From: an uncultured Muribaculaceae bacterium
GTDB taxonomy: Bacteria; Bacillota_I; Bacilli_A; RF39; UBA660
Length of the DNA stretch: 64,000 nucleotides
Direction: 5' to 3'
Assembly: GCA_964545885.1 (NCBI GenBank)
Contig: CAZJHG010000001.1
Location: forward strand, 31,607 to 95,606
In this document: piece by piece, positions 47,049-58,181 of the stretch
Numbering within the stretch: position 1 is the first letter of the stretch
Layout: the number at the start of each line of letters is the position of its first letter
Translations under genes and position numbers: made by a program
Notes under the pieces: model-generated
Databases searched by the model: none
Told to the model about the DNA's origin: nothing
What the model saw: the letters and a program-made list of their open reading frames with translations, nothing else

Positions 47049-47861
47049 ATGGAATTACAAAGAATTATGAATCTATTTTCAGATTTAATTATTATTATAA
47101 AAGACGAAAAAGGCCGTATTGTTTATCCTTCAGAACCAAATATAGTTGTATATGTGGATGAATTACAAAAAATAAACAATGATGAATTATATCACCCCGA
47201 AACAAAAAGAATATATAAGTCATTACAAGAATCTTATACTGATAATGGCCATACATACTATCTAACAAGATATATGGATATTACTGAGTACAAAAAAAGA
47301 GAACGAGAACTTCAAACTGATGAAACAACTGGCTTAACTATCAAAAAAGCAGCTTACGAAGAATTTAATAACTATATTAAACATGCTATTGAAAATGGCG
47401 AAGAATTTTCGACTATTATAGCTGATACAGACTTCTTTAAAAAAGTTAATGATACATATGGCCACTTGGCTGGTGATTATGTCCTAAGATATATCGCAGA
47501 TACTTTAACAAATCAAACCCGTCATTCAGAAGGACGTCCTAAAGATTTAGTTGGCCGTATTGGTGGTGAAGAATTCTTAATAGTTTTAAAGAATATTCCA
47601 GCTTCCATAACATTATCTAGAATGGATAGTATAAGAGAACGTATTGCTAACTCAACAATTAACTTTGAGGGTCAGAAAATTAATGTTACATGTAGTTTCG
47701 GTGTAGTTCATGTACCTAGTAAACAAATCAAACTAGTACCAAATAATCCTGATAAAATAGATTCTTTCCGTGCTCAAGTTCAACATGGCGCCGACCTAAG
47801 TCTATACAAAGCTAAAGAATCTGGAAGAAATAACGTCCAAATGAAAAGATTTACTATTTAA
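47049..47861 (+). CDS. GGDEF diguanylate cyclase with a small N-terminal sensor region
   Basis: GGEEF active site with an RPKD I-site 5 residues upstream, and DFFKKVND. Confidence 0.85.
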   Translation: MELQRIMNLFSDLIIIIKDEKGRIVYPSEPNIVVYVDELQKINNDELYHPETKRIYKSLQESYTDNGHTYYLTRYMDITEYKKRERELQTDETTGLTIKKAAYEEFNNYIKHAIENGEEFSTIIADTDFFKKVNDTYGHLAGDYVLRYIADTLTNQTRHSEGRPKDLVGRIGGEEFLIVLKNIPASITLSRMDSIRERIANSTINFEGQKINVTCSFGVVHVPSKQIKLVPNNPDKIDSFRAQVQHGADLSLYKAKESGRNNVQMKRFTI

Positions 47862-47869
47862 ACCACTTA

Positions 47870-47902
47870 TAAGAGTAGATAATTCCTACTCTTATTTTAT
47901 TT
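47870..47902 (+). terminator. intrinsic terminator
   Basis: TAAGAGTAG / CTACTCTTA 9-bp stem followed by a T-rich run. Confidence 0.75.
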
Positions 47903-47931
47903 CTTATGATAAAATTAAATAGGGTGGTAAT

Positions 47932-50322
47932 ATGTTCAAAAATAATCAAATAATAATAACATCTAATGTAAGTAAAAAGAACTTATTAAAGAAAAATAAT
48001 CAAGAATTATTAAATATAAAAATATACTCTTTACCAGAGTTTAATAAATTATTCTATTTTGATTACAACGAAGAAACAATCTATTACATAATGTCTAAAT
48101 ACAAAGTAAAATACGAAATAGCCAAAATATATCTAAACAATCTAACTTATATAGAAGATACCAACTATGATAATAATAAATTATCTTTTTTAGCTTCTCT
48201 AAAAAAAGAATTACTAAGTAATAAACTTCTTAAAGTAAACAAACTATTTATAAATACCTTAAAAAATAAAGACATAGTATTCTACAATTTACCTTCTACA
48301 AAAGAATTATCTTATTTAATAGAACTTCTAAAAAAAGATAATACAATTACTATTAAACAAGACAAACTAAATACTTATTCACATACTATTTATGAATTAC
48401 AAACTATTGAAGATGAAATAGAGTATATAGCTAATTCTATTTGTAATTTAATAAAACAAGGAATAAGTATTTCTAAAATATACCTAACTAACTTAAATGA
48501 TGAATATAAAAAACTTATAAAAAGAATATTTCCTATGTTTAACATTCCCTATACTTTAGATACAACTGAATCAATCTATGGTACTTTTATCTGTTCTAAA
48601 TTCTTAGAATTATATAATAACGATTTATCAATTACTATGGAACAATTAAAAGAATATGTTAATAACAAAGAATCAGAAGACATCTATAATAAGATTATCA
48701 ACATAATAAACAAATATACCTTCATCGAAGATAAAATTGAAATACTAGAAATGATTAAATACGACTTAAAAAATACAAAGTTATCTAAAAAAGACAATCC
48801 TAATTCTGTCCATGGAGTATCTTTAAAAGATACAATATTTGAAGATGATGACTACGTATTTACATTATCATTTAATCAAGGAATATTACCAAGTATTCAC
48901 AAAGACGAAGAATATTTAACTGATAAAGATAAACAAAACTTACCACTATCTTTAACAATAGATAAAAATATCCAAGAGAAACAAATTATCAAAGATAAAT
49001 TAAATTCTATCAAAAACCTTATCATTACATTTAAACATACTGCAAATGGAGAAGAATTTAATCTATCAAGTCTTAACGAAGTTTTAAACTATGAAGTAGT
49101 AACTATTACAACACAATCTCTAAATAACTCAGTCCTTTACAATAAAATAAAACTAACTTCCTTACTTGATGAATACTATAAATATGGTACTAAATCTAAC
49201 TTACTAAGTACTTTAAATACAAACTATCAAGATATCCCATATAATACATACAGTCATACATTTACAGGAATAAAAAAAGAAGATTTAAAAGAATTCTTAC
49301 ATGACAAGTTAACACTATCATATTCAAGTCTAGACAAATATTATCGTTGCCCATTTAGTTTCTATATCGGTAATATTCTAAAACTGAATATCTATGAAGA
49401 AACATTCTACCAATTAGTAGGTACATTATTTCATGCTATTTTAGAAAAATGTTTAACAGTAGAATCTAACTACGATGAATTATGGAACCAAGAACTAACT
49501 AACTTAAATCATGAATTTACTAACAAAGAAAAATTCTTCTTATCAAAATTAAAAGAAGAATTACTATTTATAATAGAAACAATTAAAAATCAAGAAAACT
49601 TTACTAACTTACATGATGAACTTCATGAAGAACGTATTTACACAAGTCTATCTGGTAACATGAACATAACATTCACCGGTATTATAGACAAGATAAAATA
49701 CAAAAAAGAAGAAAATCAAACTATAATAGCAATAATAGATTATAAAACAGGAAATCCTAATCTAGATTTAACTACAGTACCATACGGAATAGGTATGCAA
49801 TTACCAGTTTACCTATACTTGGCTAAAAATTCTAAAAAATTAACGAACATTAAAGTAGCAGGTTTCTATCTTCAAAAAGTTCTTAATAATGAAGTAACTG
49901 TTGATAAATCTCATACTTATGAACAACTAAAAAAGAAAAATTTACTATTACAAGGTTATTCAAACGAAGATCAATCTATCTTATCTGAGTTTGATAATTC
50001 ATACATGGATAGTAACGTTATAAAAAGTATGAAAACAAAAAAAGACTATTCATTCTATTCATATTGTAAAGTATTATCTAATAAAGAAATGGATTTAATT
50101 ACTAATATAGCTGAAAACAAAATAAATGAGGGAGCAGAAAGAATTAGTAATGCTGAATTTACCATCTCACCTAAAAAGATAGGTAAGACCAATTATGGAT
50201 GTACTCTATGTAAATTTAAAGATATCTGCTTTCATACCGCAGATGATATTGAAGAGCTAGAACCTCTTGATATAGACGACATCTTAGAAAGACCTAAAAA
50301 AGAAGAAAGAGGTGACGAATAA
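47932..50322 (+). CDS. addB: helicase-nuclease AddAB subunit B, compact form without Walker A
   Basis: C-terminal PD-(D/E)xK nuclease (IIDYKTG) and the 4-Cys cluster (YYRCPF ... GCTLCKFKDIC). TAATG overlap with addA. Confidence 0.75.
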   Translation: MFKNNQIIITSNVSKKNLLKKNNQELLNIKIYSLPEFNKLFYFDYNEETIYYIMSKYKVKYEIAKIYLNNLTYIEDTNYDNNKLSFLASLKKELLSNKLLKVNKLFINTLKNKDIVFYNLPSTKELSYLIELLKKDNTITIKQDKLNTYSHTIYELQTIEDEIEYIANSICNLIKQGISISKIYLTNLNDEYKKLIKRIFPMFNIPYTLDTTESIYGTFICSKFLELYNNDLSITMEQLKEYVNNKESEDIYNKIINIINKYTFIEDKIEILEMIKYDLKNTKLSKKDNPNSVHGVSLKDTIFEDDDYVFTLSFNQGILPSIHKDEEYLTDKDKQNLPLSLTIDKNIQEKQIIKDKLNSIKNLIITFKHTANGEEFNLSSLNEVLNYEVVTITTQSLNNSVLYNKIKLTSLLDEYYKYGTKSNLLSTLNTNYQDIPYNTYSHTFTGIKKEDLKEFLHDKLTLSYSSLDKYYRCPFSFYIGNILKLNIYEETFYQLVGTLFHAILEKCLTVESNYDELWNQELTNLNHEFTNKEKFFLSKLKEELLFIIETIKNQENFTNLHDELHEERIYTSLSGNMNITFTGIIDKIKYKKEENQTIIAIIDYKTGNPNLDLTTVPYGIGMQLPVYLYLAKNSKKLTNIKVAGFYLQKVLNNEVTVDKSHTYEQLKKKNLLLQGYSNEDQSILSEFDNSYMDSNVIKSMKTKKDYSFYSYCKVLSNKEMDLITNIAENKINEGAERISNAEFTISPKKIGKTNYGCTLCKFKDICFHTADDIEELEPLDIDDILERPKKEERGDE

Positions 50323-53300
50323 TGGCTTGGACACCTGAACAACAAAAAGCAATCGATGAAACTGGAACAAATATAATAGTTTCCGCTGGTGCCGGTTCTG
50401 GAAAAACCGCCGTACTTACAGCCCGTACCATGCGAATCCTAAATTCTGGCATCCACGTAAATGAACTTCTTATCTTAACATTTACCAAAGCTGCTGCCGG
50501 TGAAATGAAAGAACGTATCAGAAAATCTATAAAAAAAGGAATTCCTGATAATCCAGCTCTTGCTAAAGAACTAGAACTAATTGATCAAGCATACATAACT
50601 ACTTTTGATTCATTTGCTTTATCAGTCGTAAAAAAATATCACTATTTACTTAATATATCTAACGATATAGGTATTTCCGATGCTTCAATTATCGATATGC
50701 AAAAAATCAAAATAATGGATGAAGTATTTGACCAATACTATGAAAATCCAAGTGCTTCATTTTCTAAATTAATATATGATTTCTGCGTAAAAGATGACAA
50801 AGATTTAAAAGATGCTATTCTAAAAATTGCTACTAAAATAGATGCTTTTCCAAATCGTGATGAATATGTTGAAAACTACATGAATAATTATTTTAGTCAG
50901 TCATTTATTGAAGAATGTCTAACTGAGTACGAAACACTTCTTCAAGCTAAAACTACAGAAATTGACAAACTATCATATAAACTAACTATGTATACTGATG
51001 GTGACTATGCTGTAAAATTAACAGAAAGCTTAACACCATTACTTAACTGTAAAACTATTGATGAATTCTATAGTACAATTGGTTTAACTAAATTACCAAT
51101 GCTACCTCGTGGTAGTGATGATGATACAAAAGCTTCTCGTAATAAACTAAAATCTTCACTAGACGAACTAAAAGAAACAGTATCTAACTATGGCAACAAA
51201 GAAACTATCTTAGAATCTCTAAAAAGCATTAAAGAATATAGTAGTGTAATCATCTCAATAGTTAAAGATTATCTTACTTCTTTTCATAAATACAAAGAAG
51301 ATAATGGTATCTATGACTTCCAAGATATCGCCTTACTATCTATCAGAGTTCTAAAAGAAAATGAATCAGTTCGTAACGAACTAAGAGACACCTTTAAAGA
51401 AATAATGATTGACGAATATCAAGATACAAATGATATCCAAGAAACATTCATTGGTATGATAGAAAACCATAACACATACTGTGTTGGTGATATAAAACAA
51501 AGTATTTATCGTTTTCGTAACGCTAACCCATATATATTCAAAAATAAATATGATAACTATGCACTAGGTAATAATGGAATGAAAATTGACTTAGTAAAAA
51601 ACTTCCGTTCTAGAAGGGAAGTTCTATCAAACATTAACGAAGTATTTAATTTAGTTATGGACGATATAATAGGAGGAGCAGAATACCATGAATCACATCA
51701 AATGGTCTATGGTAATACATCATATATTGAAGAAGGTCTAACTGATTACAACTACGACTTTCAAATCCTAGAATATGATGATACAAAAGATAAAAAATAT
51801 TCTAAAGAAGAAATAGAAATCTTTGCTATCGCCAAAGATATCAAAGACAAAATATCTTCCAAATACCAAGTATTTAACAAAGACGACAAAGTATTAAGAG
51901 ACATTACCTATAATGACTTTGTTATCTTAATGGATAGAACAACAGATTTCGATCTATACAAAAAGATATTTGAATATGTAGGCATCCCTTTAACACTATA
52001 TAAAGACGACAAACTAAATAATTCAGACGATATCTATATTCTAAAAAACATCATCGACTACATCGTAAAAATTAACTTAAAAGAATTTGATACCGAATTC
52101 AAATATGACTACATAAGCATCGCTCGTAGCTACTTATTTGAACTAAGTGATGAAGAAATATTCAGTTCATTTAAAAATAACAACTTCAAAGACAACATCG
52201 TTTACGAAACATTCAAAGACTTAGCAAGTGATATAACATCAACCAGTGTTAGCACCTTACTAGAAAACATTATCAAAAAAACTAATATGTACGAAAAATT
52301 TATCAAAGTAGGTAATATTGATGCATCTATGATTCGTATCTCTAAATTATTTGATATTGCAAATAATCTAAGTAGTTTAGGCTATGATATATATACATTT
52401 AGAAACTACCTAAACGAACTACTCGATACTGACTATGACATGAAATATAGTGCAACCAGTGCTTCATCAAACTCAGTAAAAATAATGACTATCCATAAAT
52501 CAAAAGGACTAGAATATCATGTCTGCTACTATAGTGGCTTATACAAAGGATTCAACATCAGCGACTTAAAAGACAGATTCTTATTTGATAATAAATACGG
52601 CATAATAACTCCATATTTCAAAGAAGGAATTAATGAATCTATGATAAAATATCTCGTAAAATACCATTACTTAGAAGAAGAAGTTTCAGAAAAAATCCGT
52701 CTTTTCTATGTAGCATTAACTAGAGCCAAAGAAACAATGATTTTATTAACTCCAAAAGTAGAAGAAGAAATAAATGATTTAGATGAAAATAATACAATAG
52801 ACATAACACTTCGTCGCAAATATCGCTCATTTAGTCAAATAATGAACTCAGTAAAACATAATTTATTAAAATATTACAAAGAAATAAATATTGAAGATTT
52901 AGGTATAACAAAACAATATCTATATAACAATAAATCTCTAAATAAATTAGAATCTCTTAGTTCTGAAAAAATTATAGTAGAACCAATTCAAATAGAAGAA
53001 TCATCTTCAGTAACACAAGAACACTTCTCTAAAAACACCCATGAACTTATTACCAAAGAAATATCAAATAATATGAAATTTGGTCTAGAAGTTCATGAAA
53101 CATTAGAATATCTTGATTTCAAAAATCCTAATCTAGATTTAATAGAAAATCAATTTATTCGTCAAAAAGTAGCAAACTTTTTATCAAATCCATTACTAAA
53201 TGATATAGAAAATGCTAATATATATAAAGAATATGAATTTATATATACTAACGATACAACTGAATATCATGGTATAATTGATTTGATGATTGAATATGAA

Positions 53301-53459
53301 GATAAAATCAATATAATTGATTACAAACTAAATAATATAAAAGATGAAAATTACCTAAAACAATTATCAGGATATAAAACTTATATAAGCAGTTTAAGTA
53401 ACAAAGAAATAAACATCTATTTATATTCAATAATTAGTGGTACACTAGAAAAATTATAA
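50322..53459 (+). CDS. addA: helicase-nuclease AddAB subunit A (UvrD-type)
   Basis: AGAGSGKT, the DEYQDT helicase motif, and a C-terminal nuclease (GIIDLM...IIDYK). Confidence 0.9.
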   Translation: MAWTPEQQKAIDETGTNIIVSAGAGSGKTAVLTARTMRILNSGIHVNELLILTFTKAAAGEMKERIRKSIKKGIPDNPALAKELELIDQAYITTFDSFALSVVKKYHYLLNISNDIGISDASIIDMQKIKIMDEVFDQYYENPSASFSKLIYDFCVKDDKDLKDAILKIATKIDAFPNRDEYVENYMNNYFSQSFIEECLTEYETLLQAKTTEIDKLSYKLTMYTDGDYAVKLTESLTPLLNCKTIDEFYSTIGLTKLPMLPRGSDDDTKASRNKLKSSLDELKETVSNYGNKETILESLKSIKEYSSVIISIVKDYLTSFHKYKEDNGIYDFQDIALLSIRVLKENESVRNELRDTFKEIMIDEYQDTNDIQETFIGMIENHNTYCVGDIKQSIYRFRNANPYIFKNKYDNYALGNNGMKIDLVKNFRSRREVLSNINEVFNLVMDDIIGGAEYHESHQMVYGNTSYIEEGLTDYNYDFQILEYDDTKDKKYSKEEIEIFAIAKDIKDKISSKYQVFNKDDKVLRDITYNDFVILMDRTTDFDLYKKIFEYVGIPLTLYKDDKLNNSDDIYILKNIIDYIVKINLKEFDTEFKYDYISIARSYLFELSDEEIFSSFKNNNFKDNIVYETFKDLASDITSTSVSTLLENIIKKTNMYEKFIKVGNIDASMIRISKLFDIANNLSSLGYDIYTFRNYLNELLDTDYDMKYSATSASSNSVKIMTIHKSKGLEYHVCYYSGLYKGFNISDLKDRFLFDNKYGIITPYFKEGINESMIKYLVKYHYLEEEVSEKIRLFYVALTRAKETMILLTPKVEEEINDLDENNTIDITLRRKYRSFSQIMNSVKHNLLKYYKEINIEDLGITKQYLYNNKSLNKLESLSSEKIIVEPIQIEESSSVTQEHFSKNTHELITKEISNNMKFGLEVHETLEYLDFKNPNLDLIENQFIRQKVANFLSNPLLNDIENANIYKEYEFIYTNDTTEYHGIIDLMIEYEDKINIIDYKLNNIKDENYLKQLSGYKTYISSLSNKEINIYLYSIISGTLEKL

Positions 53460-53474
53460 TAAGGAGGTAAAAAT

Positions 53475-55112
53475 ATGCAAGAGCTAACAACAATGAAAAA
53501 AACAAAAGAAAAGATAGCATTAATTATTAATTCAGTAATAGATATAATAAAATATCCAGAACAACCAGCAAATAACTCTGCATATTTTTATCGAATTTCC
53601 GAAAAGAACAATTTTCTAATATATCTTTATTTATTTAAGTTATCAATTAATTCTAAAGAATATTTAGAAATGAAATATATTAATTATCTTAATAAGTTTA
53701 CTAGTTATCAACATTATGATTTAACACAAATAACCAATATACCATCTAATGATGAAATAGATTTGTTATTAAGCATAAAAGAAAAACTTGATTTATTAGA
53801 GTTTTATTATGATGAAAATGAGGAAAAGATTATCTTTTATGATAATACATATGTTAATTCAAGATGGTTTCTTTCTTTCATTACTTTGTTACTAGATAAT
53901 ACCAGAAATAATGATATGAAGGAAATAAATGTTTGTTATACAATTCCTAGTAGAGATACTTCTGTTCTAAGAAACAAAGAAGACTTAGATAATTTCTTAC
54001 AGAAATTCACATACTATAATATAAAAGTTAAAAGAACAGATAAAACAAAACAAGTACGTGAAAACAATATTTTGATAGTCAAGAATGCCGCTATAAACTA
54101 TTTAAAGCATTTAAAGCAATATAAACACGGACTAGAAAACGAAGAATCATATTTAATATTTTATAATTTATTAAAAAATGAATGTCGAAAAGAAGGCTTT
54201 GAACTATCTGAAGAAGAAAAAGAACTTTTAGATATTGAATCCAAAAAATTAGAAAAAATATATTCTATTATAGATGAAAACTTTTTTACTTATCAACTTA
54301 GCAAGCAAGTTCATATTATTGAAAATGTAGTATGGCAATCAAGCAATGATATAACGCTTTTAGAAAATATGAATACATCAATTGACAATTTAATAGACCT
54401 ATTTACAATTTTAAGATTAAATCAAAGAAGTGCATACGCTAAAATTAAGTCAGAACATAATATCAATGATATAAAAATCTTAATGCTTTTAATAACTAAT
54501 CAATTCTTATTAACATATTTAACAGATTCAGATGAGATAGATTATAGTTTATTAGATTTGTCTTCAATAAAACCAAAATATATGAATCATATATGTAATA
54601 ATCAAGAACAAGATATCAAATCAAGACTAAGAAGTTTTGATATGGAACTATCCCAAGCTAAAAGTATTTTAGAAAAATATAAAGAAGAGCGAAGTACTCT
54701 AAATAAAGAAGAACTAGGTCCAGAAAAGTATCAAAAAGAACTAGAACGTTGTGTAAGCAATATAAATAGAGAAAGTATAAAAATAGGTCGCTTAAATTCC
54801 AATATATCTGCATTATCACGTGAATATGAAGAACTAAAAAAACATCAAATAGAAAAATATCGTAATGTAGATTTATATAACTATAATCATTCTATAATAA
54901 GACATATATGTAACTCTATTTTAGGATGTAGTTATTATTTAAAAACAAGTAACAACAGCTCTTTATTTAATAACATTATTATATTTGAAGATTATGAAAA
55001 GACAGACAATTCTTTTTACTTAGAAGTAACTTTTAAAGAACTTTTAAAAATAAGTAGTCAATATTTACTAAATGGTATTATAGATCAGTATAATCTTCCT
55101 AAATTAGCATAG
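53475..55112 (+). CDS. hypothetical coiled-coil protein, paralog family member A
   Basis: Strong AAGGAGGT RBS 15 nt after addA. No catalytic motif recognised. C-terminal module shared with 61061.. and 62954.. Confidence 0.6.
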   Translation: MQELTTMKKTKEKIALIINSVIDIIKYPEQPANNSAYFYRISEKNNFLIYLYLFKLSINSKEYLEMKYINYLNKFTSYQHYDLTQITNIPSNDEIDLLLSIKEKLDLLEFYYDENEEKIIFYDNTYVNSRWFLSFITLLLDNTRNNDMKEINVCYTIPSRDTSVLRNKEDLDNFLQKFTYYNIKVKRTDKTKQVRENNILIVKNAAINYLKHLKQYKHGLENEESYLIFYNLLKNECRKEGFELSEEEKELLDIESKKLEKIYSIIDENFFTYQLSKQVHIIENVVWQSSNDITLLENMNTSIDNLIDLFTILRLNQRSAYAKIKSEHNINDIKILMLLITNQFLLTYLTDSDEIDYSLLDLSSIKPKYMNHICNNQEQDIKSRLRSFDMELSQAKSILEKYKEERSTLNKEELGPEKYQKELERCVSNINRESIKIGRLNSNISALSREYEELKKHQIEKYRNVDLYNYNHSIIRHICNSILGCSYYLKTSNNSSLFNNIIIFEDYEKTDNSFYLEVTFKELLKISSQYLLNGIIDQYNLPKLA

Positions 55113-55120
55113 GAGTTATT

Positions 55121-55570
55121 ATGAAAAAAATAAATATTTTACAATTATTAAATATAATAGTACCAATAATTTTATTTTGTATTTTATTATTTTCTAAAAT
55201 AAGTGAAACAGCAATATATATAATGGTTATGACCGTAATAATAGGATGGGTTATACCTTATACAGTATTGTTAGTAACAGGTTTATCAATGATACATAAT
55301 AAACAACCTAAATTAACACTAACATTTAATATAGTAGGTTCACTTTTAAGTATATTGTTAATTATTCTTTGTACATATTTATATGATAAGAATATGCTAA
55401 TATTAATAGTAGAATACAGTATAATATTATTACTAAATATTATAAATATAATATATTACATTAATTATCTTAAAAAAAATCCAAAATTAAATGCTAAAAA
55501 ATTAAAAAAGAAAAAAGAATCATTAGAAATAAAAGAGATAAAAGAAAAAAATAATGGTGCTATAGTGTAG
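55121..55570 (+). CDS. small polytopic membrane protein
   Basis: Four TM segments and a Lys-rich tail. Confidence 0.55.
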   Translation: MKKINILQLLNIIVPIILFCILLFSKISETAIYIMVMTVIIGWVIPYTVLLVTGLSMIHNKQPKLTLTFNIVGSLLSILLIILCTYLYDKNMLILIVEYSIILLLNIINIIYYINYLKKNPKLNAKKLKKKKESLEIKEIKEKNNGAIV

Positions 55571-55578
55571 GTGAAAGA

Positions 55579-56076
55579 ATGAAAAAAGTAAAAGAGTTAA
55601 CTTATAATAATGATGTGAAATTAACTAAGAAGAATTATCTCATAATGATAATACCTATTATTCTTGTTTTAATACTTATAATAGCAATAGCATTGTTTGT
55701 TGCTAATACTAATAGTAGTTCTTACAAACTAAAAAAATATTTAGAAGAGCATGGATATTTATGTAATAACAAAACTTGTTTAATCCAAAAGGATAGTAAC
55801 ACATATACTTTTGATTATATAGACATAGTATTTTCAGTAGATAATGACAACTACCATCTAACGATAAGTAAACAAAGTCCAATATTAGAAATTAAAAGTA
55901 ATGAATATATTTGTAATTATCAAAAAGATGAATATGAAATATTTACATTAGTTGACAACTCATTTGTTTATGATAAACAATGTTCAAAATACTTAGAAGA
56001 TATCAATAATAATATTGAAAAGTATAAATCTATTGTCAACAATTCTGGTATAGATGTAAACACTTTAGATAAATAA
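55579..56076 (+). CDS. membrane-anchored hypothetical protein
   Basis: One TM segment followed by a Cys-containing extracellular domain. Confidence 0.55.
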   Translation: MKKVKELTYNNDVKLTKKNYLIMIIPIILVLILIIAIALFVANTNSSSYKLKKYLEEHGYLCNNKTCLIQKDSNTYTFDYIDIVFSVDNDNYHLTISKQSPILEIKSNEYICNYQKDEYEIFTLVDNSFVYDKQCSKYLEDINNNIEKYKSIVNNSGIDVNTLDK

Positions 56077-56080
56077 TTGT

Positions 56081-56117
56081 AAACATTCACAAAATTTAAA
56101 TTAGTGAATGTTTTTTT
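56081..56117 (+). terminator. intrinsic terminator ending the addBA-containing unit
   Basis: AAACATTCAC / GTGAATGTTT 10-bp stem followed by a T run. Confidence 0.8.
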
Positions 56118-56147
56118 ATGCTAAAATCAAATTAGGAGAATTGTAAT

Positions 56148-56819
56148 ATGAAGAAGTTCAAAAAAATATTAGCTTTATTGCTTATGACATTATTATTAAC
56201 CAATTGTGGTGAAGAAAAATTAGAATTAAATCAAGAAGTAACACTAACTGGTAAAGTAACAGTAAAAGAAGTAACTGAAAATAACGAAACAACCAAAGTT
56301 AGTTATTTTGAATTGGATGAACCAATTGTTATAGATGGCGAAAAAATTTATAAAATAGAGCTAGATTATGACAAAGAAATAAAAAACAATTCAGAACTAT
56401 CAATTACTGGAACAATTACTAATAATGATAACTCATCTTTATCATTCGCAGTATCTGATATTGATGATATTTTATCTTATATAAATACATTTAGTAATGA
56501 AGATTTTTCAATGACAATACCAGCCAGTTTAATAAAAATAAGTACAATAAAAAGAATTGATAATGGATTTATTATATACAGCACATCTAATATGGCCAAC
56601 GGAGGCGAAGTATTTAGAATTATTTCTGTAACAAATGATGAATTTAAAAAGCTTAATAAGAATGAAACTAAATACATTGAAAAAATAACATCTACCAAAG
56701 AAAAAACAGTCATAATCCAGTATCCAAGTACAATTGAGTACACTGATGAAAATTTCGCTGATTATGAAACTATTGCTAACAGTATTAACACAATCAAGGA
56801 TAACGTAAGACTAAAATAA
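56148..56819 (+). CDS. putative lipoprotein
   Basis: Signal peptide ending LLLTNC. The Asn at position -1 makes this an atypical lipobox. Confidence 0.55.
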   Translation: MKKFKKILALLLMTLLLTNCGEEKLELNQEVTLTGKVTVKEVTENNETTKVSYFELDEPIVIDGEKIYKIELDYDKEIKNNSELSITGTITNNDNSSLSFAVSDIDDILSYINTFSNEDFSMTIPASLIKISTIKRIDNGFIIYSTSNMANGGEVFRIISVTNDEFKKLNKNETKYIEKITSTKEKTVIIQYPSTIEYTDENFADYETIANSINTIKDNVRLK

Positions 56820-56843
56820 AAGAAAGCAAGGACACATTCCTTG

Positions 56844-57581
56844 CTAACTTTCTATCATAGAACAATTTTTTAATTTAAAAGTTCCTCCAATATTACAAGA
56901 AATAGTAATATCAGCATTTCCTGTATAATTGAAATCATCATCCCAAATTATTGTAAAGTAAGTACCAACACTACCATCTTTTTTATAGTTGTTTTTACTT
57001 TCGTATAATTTATATTTATCTCCGTCAGTAACCATATAACCACTAATTACAAACTCGTTAGATAAAACAGATTTTATATTATTAATTAAATCTTTAAATT
57101 CCATAGTTGTAACAGATTTGTAATTAATGGTATCTTTACTTACCTTAGATAATTTAAAATAACCAGTACTTAAATCTATAGAACCAACAAAGTTAACAAA
57201 GTCTCCTTTTTTAATATCTAATTTATCTTTATTAATATTTCCAATTAAGGTAAATTCCTTATTATCATCAGTAAATTCTATCATAGCATTATTATCTTTT
57301 ATAGTAATTTTTTTCACATAAGCACTACTCATATACCAAACTCCACTTTTATTAGTAGTGTAGGTAAGTAAGTAACTTTGTGTAATTTTTATTGAACTAC
57401 CTAATTTAGCTTCAATAATATCTATATTATTAACATCGCTAACGTCAATCTCAGTCGTCGGTTTAACTTTTTCAATATTCTGTTTATCTATTATTTTATT
57501 CCACATAACTACGCTAATTGTCATTAAGGCTAAGGATAAAATAACTATCAATGGCACAATATTCTTTTTTATTGTATTCAT
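56844..57581 (-). CDS. membrane-anchored hypothetical protein
   Basis: Start at ATG 57581 after GGGTGA. One N-terminal TM segment. Confidence 0.55.
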   Translation of the reverse strand: MNTIKKNIVPLIVILSLALMTISVVMWNKIIDKQNIEKVKPTTEIDVSDVNNIDIIEAKLGSSIKITQSYLLTYTTNKSGVWYMSSAYVKKITIKDNNAMIEFTDDNKEFTLIGNINKDKLDIKKGDFVNFVGSIDLSTGYFKLSKVSKDTINYKSVTTMEFKDLINNIKSVLSNEFVISGYMVTDGDKYKLYESKNNYKKDGSVGTYFTIIWDDDFNYTGNADITISCNIGGTFKLKNCSMIES

Positions 57582-57686
57582 AAAATCACCCTGTAACTCC
57601 ATTATATAATAATTTTTAATAATAAAATACTGGTAAATTTATAATATTTATAATAAAATTAATAAAGTGTTTTAAGGAGAATCAAT

Positions 57687-58091
57687 ATGGAAAACGAAAA
57701 AATGTATAAAGAACTTAAAGATTATGTCGAAACTTCAGCAGGATTTATAAAACATAACAATATGCATATTGAAAAAATAAGTAAAGAGAGCTGTACTATG
57801 TATATTGAATTATCAGAAGACTCTCTAAATCCTAATAATACAGCACATGGTGGCTTAATATTTGGCTTAGCTGATACTACAATGGGACTACTTGCTCGTA
57901 CAACAGGAAGAAATGTTGTAACAATCAATTCTCAAATAGATTATTTAAAACCTTGTAAAGGAAAGAGAATTACTTGTACATCAGAGATATTAAAAGTAGG
58001 TAAAACAACTGCTGTATATAGAGCATCAATATATAATGACGATAATATTTTAGCGGCTTCAGTAACTGGAACATACTTTTTTATTTCATAA
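57687..58091 (+). CDS. PaaI-family hotdog thioesterase
   Basis: HGGLIFGLADTTMG motif, about 134 aa. Confidence 0.8.
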   Translation: MENEKMYKELKDYVETSAGFIKHNNMHIEKISKESCTMYIELSEDSLNPNNTAHGGLIFGLADTTMGLLARTTGRNVVTINSQIDYLKPCKGKRITCTSEILKVGKTTAVYRASIYNDDNILAASVTGTYFFIS

Positions 58092-58099
58092 GATATTTT

Positions 58100-58122
58100 A
58101 GATATTTTATAATATCTTTTTT
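58100..58122 (+). terminator. intrinsic terminator (A/T-only stem)
   Basis: AGATATT / AATATCT stem followed by T6. Confidence 0.45.
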
Positions 58123-58181
58123 CTTTGCTCTTGACTTTATATATAAATCAATTAAAATAAACTCTCGAAAGAGGCTATATT

